This document shows, piece after piece, positions 37,909 to 49,930 of a stretch of 64,000 nt of DNA; position 1 is the first letter of the stretch, and every line of letters begins with the position of its first letter. The stretch covers positions 23,376,001 through 23,440,000 of the forward strand of contig NC_058369.1 of NCBI RefSeq assembly GCF_018350175.1, read 5' to 3'. The translations under genes and the position numbers were made by a program. The DNA comes from Felis catus (lineage: Eukaryota). Below the pieces are notes generated by a model, which saw nothing but the letters and a program-made list of their open reading frames with translations, was not told where the DNA came from and made no database searches.

Positions 37909-38140
37909 AGAAGAGCACAATTTTAGTGATTATCAATATTGGAGGCTGGAATAATCTGACAGACACTTGAGGGGTGTTTGTAGCATTTGCAGTCTGGGAG
38001 CTTTGTGAAGACGCTCCCAATTGGTGCACGTGTGCTGGGGAGAGACAAGGGCACGTTTCCAGTAAATGACAGCCACGTGTGTCCAGCTGCAGCAACCGTA
38101 ATTCCTGCTGGGGGCTTCGCAGCCATCATTTCCCCTAAGC

Positions 38141-38356
38141 CAGTGATTACGAACCCTGGACGACTTTGTCCCCAGGGGATGTTTGGCAATGTCTGGAGAC
38201 ATTGTGTGCTCGTCAAAATTTAAGGCAAGGGAAGGTGCTGCTGGCATCGAGTGGGTAGAGCCAAGGATGCCGTTAAACGTGCTGCAAAGACCAAAAGAGC
38301 CTCCACAACGAAGAATTGCTCGGGTGTCTCAGTAGGGCTCAAGCGGAGAAACCCTG
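38141..38356 (+). mobile_element. MER20 hAT-Charlie DNA transposon, near full length
   Basis: cagtg…ccccaggggatgtttggcaatgtctggagacatt…ctggcatcgagtgggtagag…gagaaaccctg. The 8-bp flanks ccctaagc / ctctaatc resemble a decayed TSD. Confidence 0.9.
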
Positions 38357-39292
38357 CTCTAATCTTTTAGCAGTCACGGGGTTTTGTCTTTACAAATTAA
38401 TAGACTCCTTCTGGATCCCTGTGTGGCATCAGAATTGTGGATGTTGGCCCCACCAATGTCAGGAATCCCTTACATAGTGTGAGATGCTACACTGTAGACT
38501 CAATTCAGTAGCAAGCCTGCTATGTCACCTCTCACAAAGCTCAGATGCAGGATCCTCCTTGCCATCCAGACCCCAGCGGTCTTCCAGTGAACACCCGGCA
38601 ACACCTACTCACCGTCCATTCGCCTCTCTTTCGTTTATGGCCTGACACTCACGAGAGCTGACACGGTCCTGTTTACTGTCAGATTCCCCTCCCACACCCT
38701 GTGAGGGAGGCCTGGCCTGTCCATGGCAGTATTTCCGATGCTTGGAATTACTCCTCAACTTCAGGGACGCCCAGGAAGTAGCTGCACCATGCGTAAATAA
38801 ACCACCCACATCTGTCAAAGCCTCCTATTTACAAGGTACTATGCGGAGCGCTTGTCATCATCGTTTTGTGCACCTGCTACTGTTCCCATTTCCTGATGAG
38901 GAAACTGAGGCTCAACAAGCAAGTTACTTAAAGGTGCGAGAGCCAGTACGAGGCAGCGCCTTACTCCATGCCCTTTGCCCTTAACCATGGCCATACCACG
39001 CACCATATACATAGGTACCAATCCTGTGTACCATAGGTCTCCACGGCGGCAGACCCCAGCCCCCTCAGATAGGTAGTAAGTCAAGATGGCAATGCTTTCT
39101 ACTTTGGGAGATTATAATTCAGCAGCATTTGGACACATAAAGGCAATTTGCACCGGTGGAGCGAAATTTTTGTTAACTATGATTACAAAGAGCATATGGT
39201 AACAAGACACCACGGCTGCCTTTTTTTTTCTGCATTCAAAACACAGTAGTCTGTACTCACGTACACATTCGGGTAATGCAGAATGGCTTAAC

Positions 39293-39599
39293 CATGGGTC
39301 AGCAAGCTTTCCCTGCAGAGGGCCAGAGTAAATACCTCAGGCTTTGCGGGCCATATCGTCCCTGTGGCAACTCTTCAACTCTGCCACTGTAGCACCTCAG
39401 AGCCCGTGTTTCAACAGAACTTTCTTTAAGGACACTGAAATTTGAATTTCCTCTATTTCCACATGCCACAAAATATTCTTCTTCTTTTGAGTTTTTCCCA
39501 AACATTTGGGAAACGTAAACACCGCTGTTAGCCTGCAAACTGTGCAATACAGGTGGAAGGCTGGATCTGACACGTGGGCCATGGTTTGTCAGCCCCCTG
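39293..39599 (+). mobile_element. MER58B-like hAT-Charlie DNA transposon
   Basis: aggctttgcgggccata…caactctgcc…ggacactgaaatttgaatttc…; inverted ends catgggtcagcaa / ttgtcagccccctg. Confidence 0.88.
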
Positions 39600-42064
39600 A
39601 CTTACGGTATCGCCGCTGACAGTTTCTGAAGCTATCGCAGTGCGGTGAGTTCGAAATATCCCTGCGGCCTGCAGGCATGTGTGTGGAGAAGCGTCAGGGC
39701 TATCCATGTCGGAGCTACTGTGGGGCACGTGTGACTGCATGATGTTTACTTTAACGTCACGCAGGCTGGCACTATTTCAAGCCCTGTGAGTAGCTTAGTA
39801 TAATCTGATGTCTTTATATTCACGTAACTGCGAATACAAAGAGCACAGCTCACTGCAGTGTGCTGGCGATCCTGCTACCTGAGTGTAAGGTGAAGGGTAT
39901 AGGCTGGCATAATGCAGGTCAGCACGGTGTACTGTCATTTCTATTCCCACAATTATATGCAATAAAGTGAAGCATAGAATCACGTAGCTGTGCCGGCAGG
40001 TGCCGTCTGCAGGACAGGCCCTCCTCTCAGCCTAGGATGCATTGTGCAGCCCTAAACTCTTACATCGTGCATGATCTGACTGCTGCATCCCAGGCGGTAG
40101 GCTGCCAAGAATCCTGTTGACAAAAAACCTACCACAAAATCCCACTCCCAACAACCCCGTTGTAATTACCCTAGCTCCAAATAGTTAACGATAAGTGAGT
40201 TATGAGACAGAAATATCGAGTGGTATCTTTTTTAGTAAGATATTGTCACCGTGGCATGATATGCCGCTAGTGACCTTAGCATCAAGACGAGTACTAAGTT
40301 ACAGTCACACTGCCCTTTTATTTATGAATAATTGTACATTGTCCTTGAATGTGCCATTCAGTTATGCTGCCACACAACCTGCAAGCTCTAGCGATAGGCT
40401 CAGGGTAGGGATGGGGCAGTTTCACCATGGACGGCGCTGCCTGGTGACCACGGCCCATGCTGTCCCTTACACGATGAGAGAGCAGGTGCGAGCTGTGGAG
40501 AGATGCACCCTGAAGACGAAAGGTGTGAAGTTCGGGAATTATACTACTGGGCCACATCACACAGGTTCTAATGGACAAAGCCAGAGTTTGAAGGCAGCTC
40601 AATGGACCCTAGAGCCTGTGTTCCGTTCATTCTGGCACCAAGTCAACTTTCACCACGTGGCTTTTTTCACACCACGTGCCATCATCGAGACTCGGTACAG
40701 AGCAGTTCCAGAGGCACATTGCGTTATGTTGTCTGTAATGCTGGCACAGCTTTACGCCTGTGTCGTTTTGTTTTACTCTCTTAACAGAAAGATTGACACA
40801 TCACGATTCTACAATACTTTCATCAGTGGCTGTAGTGACAGCACAATTACACTCTTTCCACTTTTTATAACAGTAACACTCGCCTCCCTTGTACAGAATC
40901 CTTCCTCATTTCTAGGTATGAAAACAACATAGCTGCTATGCTAATGCAGTCAATAGTTTTAGTAGCAACAACAAAAGTGCCCTTTGGAGCCCACTGGTCG
41001 ACACTATCATATATCCTGTGTCTGGAAATCAACCATTGTCGCTTTGTGTTTACAGTGAAATCATTAACCAGACATCCCTGTGCCTCAAAGCAGGACAGTG
41101 GATTGTGACGTCCTGATTTTTCTATCGCTACTGCCTTGCAAAGTGCCTGACACTGTGAGCAGTCACTTAGGCTCTCTGCCATCTCTGATATTGAAAGCAA
41201 TACCTTTGCTGGACCGTTGTATCCGATGGTCCTATAATTTCAGCATCTGTGATGATACTGCTCAACCATGTCCTACTTGCTTACGAGCTGGGAGCGATTC
41301 TGTCACTACAGTAACTAGTGTGTGATGGCCGTAATTTTAGCAAAAGATACTAACCCAACTTTTCTAACATTCAAATAGCAAGTATTCACTGACAAGATAC
41401 AGTGTTCAAATATTTACAAAATTGATATGCCAGAATGCATTTTGGTTTAGTACAGCGATAAAACGGGATTTTGAGTGACCACACATAGTATGAGTGTCTC
41501 AATATTTGTAATGTATGGTTTTATACAAGTAGATGTGCTGTGCTGCCTATATTTACAATCAGCCATGTTATTGTTCTTTAATAGATATAATGCATGTAGT
41601 AGACACAGTGCAAGAAGATATAGTGCATATACGCACAGTGCAATAATACACGAATAGTGCGCCGTGATGACACCTAGACTTTTACATTATTAATCAGGGA
41701 TGTCATAGTGTTCTACTATCATGTACATCCTCTACTGTCAGGGCACATGGTAATCTACACGTTTCCTTTCATTTCTGTAAATCCAGAAACAACACTGGTA
41801 CTATAATATATCGCTACCTTCAAAATGGACAGCAGCACTTGTATTCGATGGGGCTATGTCACAATTGCTTAGCATCAGTTTGTTACTAGACAACGTGTAC
41901 TAGAATATAACACGCACCGTTTCTTAACTTGTAACAACCAAGTACCAACCTCCCATAATTCAGAACTGCTTCAGTTTTTATTAGTATTATAGTGTCAGTG
42001 TTGCTATCCCTACAGTATACCATATTTTACATACTACTCTGACATTACCAAAGGGAATATCATG

Positions 42065-42290
42065 AATAGTATAGAACACAGGGTCTGTGAAGTCAGACAC
42101 AGTCAGACTTAGGCTCGAGTGACAGCTTCACTGCTTACTTCTCATGTGATTTTGCTCAAGGAACCTGATAGCTTTAGCCTTGTTTTCTCATCTGTGTAGG
42201 GGGAGCTAACGTCAGGACCTATGTCACAGTGTTCTTCTGTGCTTCCAATGAGACCATCCATCTAAAGGAGGAATCCTTCTGATTGCATAG
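42065..42290 (+). mobile_element. MIR SINE
   Basis: gaagtcagacacagtcagacttaggctcgag…ctttagccttgttttctcatctgtg core. Confidence 0.65.
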
Positions 42291-43859
42291 GATGTGGTGA
42301 TTTTGATAGTGATAAGCTGATACTGTGTTAATTATCTTTACTATTAATACCTTATACTCATTCTGGCAATTATCATACTGCTAGGGTACTTCGAGATAAT
42401 ACTACTACCTAATATGCTATCAATTACTTGCACCAGTTTTGTTAAAGCAAATCTGCATATCATCCTATGCTGCATTGACCTTATCTACTTTCTTCTGCTT
42501 TAATGCTATTAATGCTACTTTTAACTCGTTTGCCCACCACTTCAAACTATTCCATCCTAAATTACACCATGCCTCTGTTGGTGGCAGTTACTGCTTATCC
42601 TGGGCTGTCTGGGATTTGGTTACTTTACGTTGACTGTTAGGCTGGCAAAAAGAAAAAAAAAAGTATACAGCATAACCTACAGATTGTCCTATTTTAATTT
42701 TAAAATTTAGTTCTGAACAGTAACACTGATATGGCTCTACTGTGCCATATTCTATACTAACCTACGCTGTGTCCTATATGAGCATGGTGACAGAAATAAC
42801 AATCTTCCATTGTGCACATTGGTAGGCTATAACATTCATCACTTTTAACAGAATAGGTACGATAATTCTGTCTCCTACTACTGGTCGTACTAGTCTCAAT
42901 GTCATTAGTCAGTGTCATACAATGTATACTTTTAATCATAACCACACCACACTGTGCTCTCCTCTATTCGATGGATTATACGTCAGTGACAATAATCGTT
43001 CCTTGCTCTTCTACCTGTAATTACGATAGCAGTGATAGCACAATATCACCATAGCTGACTGCCCTGATCTTAGCTGTGATAATAATAAAGTGGCTGTCCT
43101 GTGAGCTACTATATTGCCCAGTTGGTGACATAATCTCCAGTACTGCTAACAATAATGCCATGACATTCTACAGCCTTCTGCCTATAGCTTAAGTAGCTTA
43201 GAAGTAGAAAGTCATTGCCAGCCAATATTGAGTAACAGCACTGTTGTTGTGCTAGCATGCTGTTAACAATTATACTGATTGGGGATAGTTGTTGTTCTTC
43301 ATATAATTTAGTAACAGTATTTCTTTGTATTGCTAATTTTGTAACAGAACAGTTCTGTGCTTAACTATGCCACTTAATGATGAGATGGCCTTAATATATC
43401 TTAAGATATTTTAGTTCTATCAAGTCCCAATATAATTCATTTATGTCAAACAGCAGTCATAGACATTTCATGGTTGTAAACATTTAAACATCTGATAACC
43501 CTGATGAATATCCAAAATTCCCCAGGTTAAGATATTGAAGTTTAGTTGCATACTCGGAGCAGGATCGTGTTAACGTGATACCAGTCTTTACCAAACTGAC
43601 CTCTTTTTGGGAATTGTACACTCGGAATATATCTCAGTTCTGATCCCACATTCATATCGCCAAAGCCTGTGTACAGATCTGACTTTAGTTTTATGAAGGG
43701 AAACAGAATTTGCCAGAGCCTGGAGGCGGTATATGAGTGTGGAAAACAAATAAAGCTCAGGTTTTGACCAAATAGATCAATGGTCAATATTTTAGAACAG
43801 TTCTGGATGTGACTTTATTAGATACGAAGTTTATGGAAGTTCATTCTGGACACAGAGAA

Positions 43860-44475
43860 GAGAAGGGTTCAGAGGGGGCCAAGAATAAAAGGAAAATAAG
43901 TAGTTATTAGGTATTGCAGTAACCTAGCAGTGGGCACTGACAGAAGTGGACACATTTATAATGTAGTTATGGTCCAATTGTGGGGGTGAGGGAAAAAACG
44001 GAGTCAAGAATGACATCTGAGTTGTTGGATTGGCAGACAGGTTCATGGCGGTGCCATTCACTGAAATAAGGAATATGGAAGAAAGGGCAAATTTGGGAAG
44101 TAAAGGATGAAGTGGGTGGAAAGGGATGAGTTCCATAAAGGGCTTACCTGGCTTAAGATCACTGCCAAGTACCCAAATAAAGATGTACAACCAGTAAATA
44201 GAAAAATGAGTCCACAAGTTAAGGAGTTGTACCTGAAGATCAGATTTCAAAGGCATCCGTTTATAGTGGGAGCAGCGTGAGTCTGGGGAGACCTATGGCA
44301 TGAGAAAAGGAGGGTCTAGGACCATGAGGCACTCCAGCATTGAATAGCTAAGGAAGGATGGGCAAAGGGGATGGGAAGTAGTGACCAGGACAATTGGAAA
44401 AAATAAGAGAGGGCCCTGTTACAGAAGCCATGAGATGTGTATGCTTCGAAAAGGAAGGGGACATTGAGAAGTGTC
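43860..44475. mobile_element. L2 LINE fragment
   Basis: ggagtcaagaatgaca…atggcggtgccattcactgaaataaggaatatggaagaa…aggcactccagcatt motifs. Confidence 0.7.
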
Positions 44476-44481
44476 ACTTGT

Positions 44482-44670
44482 GGAAGCTCCTGGATGGCTC
44501 TGTTGGTTAAGCATCTGACTCTTGATTTCAGCTCGGGTCATGATCTCACAGTTCATGGGATTGAGCCCCTTATCTGACAGAGCCTGTTTGGGATTCTCTC
44601 CCTCCCTCTCTCTCTCTCTGCCCATCCCCCACTCACTCTCTCAAAAGAAATAAATAAACTTAAAAAAATA
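44482..44670 (+). mobile_element. Older, internally deleted carnivore SINE
   Basis: cctggatggctctgttggttaagcatctgactcttgatttcagctc…, (CT)n tract and aataaataaac tail. Confidence 0.9.
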
Positions 44671-44964
44671 AGTCAGAACTATAGGGAGTACGATTGGTAA
44701 TAAAGATTATGGCAGAGGGACTTGAATTGACCTCTCTGAGAATATGACAGTTAAGTGGACAAAAAGTAAGAGTAGACAGGTTCTGATTAACCCAGTAACA
44801 CAAATCTAGTTAACATATATTAAAGATTATACTCTTAAAATATTTTCATTCAGTGCCAGAGCATCAGGTACACAGCATAGCCACATGCCTCAGTTCCCTC
44901 ATTTGGTTGCTCATCCCATGAAGGTAGGGCATTCCTGGGACAGGCACTGAAGGAATCCTCTGGG

Positions 44965-45325
44965 CTGGTCTGCTTGAGCTGTGATAACAAAATACCATAG
45001 ATTAAGGGGCTGCCACAACAGAAACTCATATTCTCAGAGTTCTGGAGGCTGGAAATCCCAGATCAAGACCCATTTTCTGGTGAGAGCTCTCTTCCTGGCT
45101 TACAGATGGCCACCTTCCCACTTTGTCCTCACATGGTGGAGAAAAAGCAATCTCTGGTGTCTCTTCCTCTTTATAAGGACCCCAGACCTATCAGATGAGA
45201 GCCCACCATATGGTCTAATTTAACAATCCTCTCCTTAAAGGCCCTGTCTCCAGTGCAATGCTATGGAGGAGGGTAAGGCTTCAACATATGAATTCTGGGA
45301 GGGCACACACATTCAGTCCCTAAGA
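44965..45325 (-). mobile_element. MaLR solo LTR (MLT1A/B-like)
   Basis: ataacaaaataccataga…agttctggaggctggaaatcccagatcaag…gcttcaacatatgaattctggg…cattcagtcc. Confidence 0.88.
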
Positions 45326-45784
45326 CCTTCTATCTGCAAGAGTGCAAGAGCAATCTTACCCACATCCTATACCAACTTCACAGGTGGAACTCTGACCTAC
45401 CCTTCCAGCTTTACCATCTCTGCCAGTCATGTGGGTTTACCATCCAGTGAACCCAGCCCTGATTTTGTCTGATGGTGTGGATCCCATCCCAGGACTAGAG
45501 AGGAAGTTGCTTGAGGAGAGGGGAGAATCTTGGTTCTGCATTCCTGTTGCTCACACAGTAGCTGAAACAAAGAAAGATCTCAAGGTCCCATCAGTCAATC
45601 ACCTAGCCCCATTCATCCCTTTCCTGCCCTGTCTCCCACACCTGGCATCTCCCTTACCATCTGCCCTACCTCCATCTGCTTCAAGCCTTTATTACGTCTC
45701 ACTGAAAGGACAGGCTCCTGGCCCTGCTGCCTCAGCACCATCCTCTGGGGCAGGAAGGATGTATAAATTGTTGAAGTAGCTAGA

Positions 45785-45950
45785 TAAGAATTTGAATCCT
45801 GGCTTTGCGGGTCAATTTCTTAACCTGAGATGCATTCTCCTCACCTGTGAACAGGGATAATAAAAGGCCTCCTCACAGGACAATGATAGTGAGTAAGGTG
45901 GTCAGGTGTAAAGATGGTGCCTGGCATACAGGAAGCACTCACTACAATCA
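45785..45950 (+). mobile_element. MIR SINE fragment
   Basis: tttgaatcctggctttgc…ctcacctgtgaacagggataataa…gtgcctggcatacaggaagcactc. Confidence 0.7.
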
Positions 45951-46997
45951 TCCGTTATTCAAAACGGATGGCATAGATCAAAATAAATTTTTCTAACAAC
46001 CATCTTGGTTTATTCCACTTCTCTATTTAAAAACCTCAAGGGGCTTGCTTATGTCCACCAAATAAAATTCAAAGGCCTTAGCTTGTAGTCATGATCTGAC
46101 TCACTTTGCACTGCCAGGATTTGTATCAGAACCAGGTCTTGTGTTTCCCATCTGTACCTCTATCGACACAAGTATGAGCAGAGAGGTCCTCGTCTGGACC
46201 TCACATTACTCCCTTTCCAAATCTCAAATTAAAAATTCCCAACCACATGGTAGCCATCTTAAGTGAATGCAGACCATTGCCCCATTTCAGTGAAAGCACG
46301 CAGCACGAGGTCTGACAAATGCCATGGAACCTCTCCTAATGAATTGCAGTTTGGAACTAGGACTGTTTTTTTGGGTTTTAGAAAGAATGAAATTATTCTG
46401 AGATCTGACGATAAACAAGCTGGTGTGGGAAAGGTGAAAGGTGCTGCTATTCTTGAAAGAACAAGGCTTTTGGGAGAAAACTTCTAAACCCGCCAGAATT
46501 AAAGTGCAACCTTTGTTTGTAAACTCATAAGATTATGGGTTTAGAATTAATTTCAGTTGGATCCTTTCCAATTACCAGTAACTTAACACTTGGATTCATT
46601 ATGCAATCATGATTCAGTAAGTCCTTCAGAACACCACTTTTAAACACGATGGACATTAAAGGACAGACTTTGTAAATATTTGAGATTGCCGGTTTAAAAT
46701 TAATTTGATTCATTTGCTTGCTGGTTGCTAGCAATATATGAGAGTTGGGGCTTTGTCTGTAATCATATATATCATTCATGAGTCTTTCAAAGAACCCATT
46801 TGGAAGAAATAGAAGGCAGAACTTGGTGTATCCATTGCTGAAAGCAGTGATGGTAAGTAATAATAGAGGAAGGGGGCAGGGAAAGACAAAGTAGGATTTG
46901 CCCTTGATGTGTCAATTAAGGTTCAAAGTCTAAACACCATAATTCAGTTACAGGTGTACACTTTTGAACTGGTCCTATTGTCATACCCAATTGATTT

Positions 46998-47782
46998 CTT
47001 TTAAATGCTTTATTAAGATACAACTCACATACCGTAAATTTACCCATTTAAAATATACAGTTCAATAGTTTTTTTGTGTATTCACAGAGTTGTGCAACTG
47101 TCACTATGATCTAATTTTAGAATATTTCCATCAGCCCAAACAGAAACCCCCATACTCATTAGTGGTCACTCCCCCTGCCCCCACTTTCTTGCCCCTATCC
47201 CTAGGCACTCACTAATCTACTTTATGTCTCTATAGATTCACCTATTCTGAACATTTCATGTAAACGGAATCATATAACACATGTCATATCACATGGTCTT
47301 TTGTGACTGGCTTATTTCACTTAACATAATGCTTCCAAGGTTCATCCATGGTGTAGCATGTGTCAGTAGTTCTTTCCTTTTTGTTAATAAATAATATTTC
47401 ATTATATGCATATACCACATTTTGTTTATTCATTCATGAGTTCGTGGACACTTGGGTTGCTTCTGCATTTTGGCTATCACGAACAATACTGCTGTGAGCA
47501 TTCGTGTGCAGGTTTTTGTGTGGATATATGTTTTCATTTCTCTTAGGTAGATACTTAGGAGTGGAATTGCTGAGTCATGTGGTAACACCATATTTAATAT
47601 TTTGAGGAACAGCCAAATTTTTCCAAAGTGGCTGTACTATTTCACATTCCCACCAGCATTGTATGAATATTCCATTTTCACCATATCCTTGCCAATACTC
47701 GTTATCATCTGTCCTTTTCATTATAGCCATCCTAGTGGATGTGAAGTAATATCTCACTGTGGTTTTGATTTGCATTTCCCTA
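46998..47782 (-). mobile_element. 5'-truncated L1 (L1MB-like) 3' end
   Basis: The minus-strand frame MQIKTTVRYYFTSTRMAI…CWWECEIVQPLWK is the L1 ORF2 C-terminus, followed by a typical L1MB 3'UTR. Confidence 0.92.
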
Positions 47783-49249
47783 TCTGCCTTCTAAAGGGAT
47801 TAGTATTGCAGTGCCCAGCTTCCTAGCTGTGATACATGAGAGGGTACATCTGCTTTCCAATTAGGAAGTAGAGAAACTGGATCCGATTCCAAATCTTTTG
47901 GACACCATGCCCTGAGCTCTTGGCCCTGCCTCAGAAACTTTCTGAAGAGGTGTCCACAGAAAGACATTCTCAAAGGCAGTGTGGGAAGGAGTTGCAAGTA
48001 CTTATTTCATAATTGTAATTCCTGAAGAGAATACATCTTCCATCCGGGAAGCCTTTACATTGTTATCCAGACATCTGAAAATCCCTGGGACAGGGAAATT
48101 TTAAATGTAGTTTCTGAAAGCTCTTGCGAAGCAAAAATATGTCTCCCTCAGAGTAAGCGTCTTCCTTTGCTGGCTGGACTGTGGCCAGTGAGTCTTAGAC
48201 CCAGGTTTCTTCCTTTCCCAGACAGCCCCTCACACACAGTGAAGGACCAGAGGAGAGTATGAATACTCAGAAGTGTCCTCTTCCTCTTCAACAAGTAACT
48301 CAAGGTACTCGGGCATGGGCAAGTGACTCATGGCTGCCATCTTAATCTGCAGAGGCAGCACATTCCTAACTGTGTGCACAGAAGGTCTTCATTATCCAAA
48401 GACAATTAGTGCTGGAAAAATGCTACTTAACATGAATCCATCAAAAATAAGGACTGAATTTTCAAAATAAACTATAAAAAATGTTACGTGGGGCTTTAAC
48501 TTGAAAGACAAAGCCAGCAATTATGAAAACAAGCTTATTTTATTTACTATTTAACAAAATAGATCAAAACAGAGGGCTAGATGAAAACTCTGCCCTCTCA
48601 GAAAATATACAGTATGAGTCGAGTGGTTTCTATGCCAGTTGTTCTGACAAAATTGTATAATAGCAAAAGTCAACTTGGCCTTGAACTTTTGCAACATTGT
48701 TATAAAGTCTCTTTCTCTCTTTTTTCAAAATTACTCAAGGATTTCACAAATTTTCCTAAGGGTCCCTCTTAATCTTTGATATTCAAATCATTCTCTTTAA
48801 AGCTCCAGTTATAGCCTCAAAGTGGTTGATTTTCTCTTTTGGTTTATTTCCCAATCCTCCCTGGTCCATGGCTTTGGATACGGTTAACTGGATTCTTCAA
48901 CTTTTAAGGAATGCAAGAAATTTTTCGACTTTTGCAAAGCTTGCAATTTCATGTAGCAGTCATTTAGCCTTGAATTTGCTCTGTGTTGTCTTGTTTACAC
49001 TATAGCATCAACATGAGACAGACCGATAAGACATTGACTGGATGGGTTGGGACAGGTGCTGATGATACATACCCATGCTTCTTTCTACGATATAAAAGCT
49101 ATGTGAGGGGACTACTGTAAATGGCATTTCTGTGCTATGCCTTCTCTCTGCAAACTCATCATTTTTGTACCTCTTATGGCACAGATTTTCTTTACTGGCA
49201 TATGGCTTTCCAAGTCCCAGGCACAAAGATTCAGTCTTTCAGGTTACCT

Positions 49250-49930
49250 TGAAGGCTTTAATATTACCTAGATTTTGCTGAAGGCTAAACCCATTTCCAT
49301 GGCCAACAAGGCCCAGTTGGGTCTCCTTAGCAGCTGCACCATTATGTGTCTTCACCCTCAGCTCATGCTTTCCCACCTTGCTCACAGCTTTCTAGCCACA
49401 TCAGTAGTCTTTATTCCTTGCCAAACCCTTTCTGGCCTCTGGACTTCTGTCCTAATCTTGCTTTTTTTTTTTAAGTTTAATAATTTATTTTGAGAGAGAA
49501 AGAGAGGAAGAGGGTCAAACAGAGAGGGAGAGAGAGAATCCCAAGCAGCCTCCACACTCAGCGTGGAGCCTGATGTGGGGATCCAACTCAAGAACGGTGA
49601 GATCATGACCCGAGTCCAGATCAAGAGTCAGATGCTTAACCAGCTGAGCTACCCAGGTGCCCCTGTCCTGTCCTTTTTGTTCCTTCTATCTTGAATGCCC
49701 TTCCCATGGCTCACATCCTTCAGGTGTCAGTAAAATTATCAGCTTTTTGAAGAGTCCTCTGCTGACCACCCCACCTCAAAAGGAGACTTTCCTTTTATTC
49801 ACCTTTTGCACACACTCTTGCGTATCTCCTTAACAGTGCTTAGTAAATGACATAGAGATCCCATCTGTTTATTCTCTTATTTCTGTCTCTGAGGCCAGGA
49901 CATAAGTTTCAGGAGAACAAAGACTTTGCT
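49250..49930 (+). mobile_element. L2 LINE 3' fragment interrupted by a SINE
   Basis: gttccttctatcttgaatgcccttccc…catccttcaggtgtcag…ctgaccacccc motifs. Confidence 0.6.
49462..49663 (-). mobile_element. Carnivore SINE
   Basis: Reverse SINE body with T-rich tail. Confidence 0.93.

Noticed and set aside
40195..40932. Longest ORF in the track (245 aa)
   Set aside because: It starts at GTG rather than ATG, runs through MIR-like sequence (~40470-40620) and shows no recognisable domain. An open frame of this length is plausible by chance here. A BLASTP hit or positive PhyloCSF score would reverse this.
39600..43450. Possible endogenous viral element or numt suggested by the odd composition
   Set aside because: No viral or mitochondrial protein motif recognised in any listed frame, and ancient mammalian repeats (MER58, MIR) flank or interrupt the region. 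Kept only as compositional findings.
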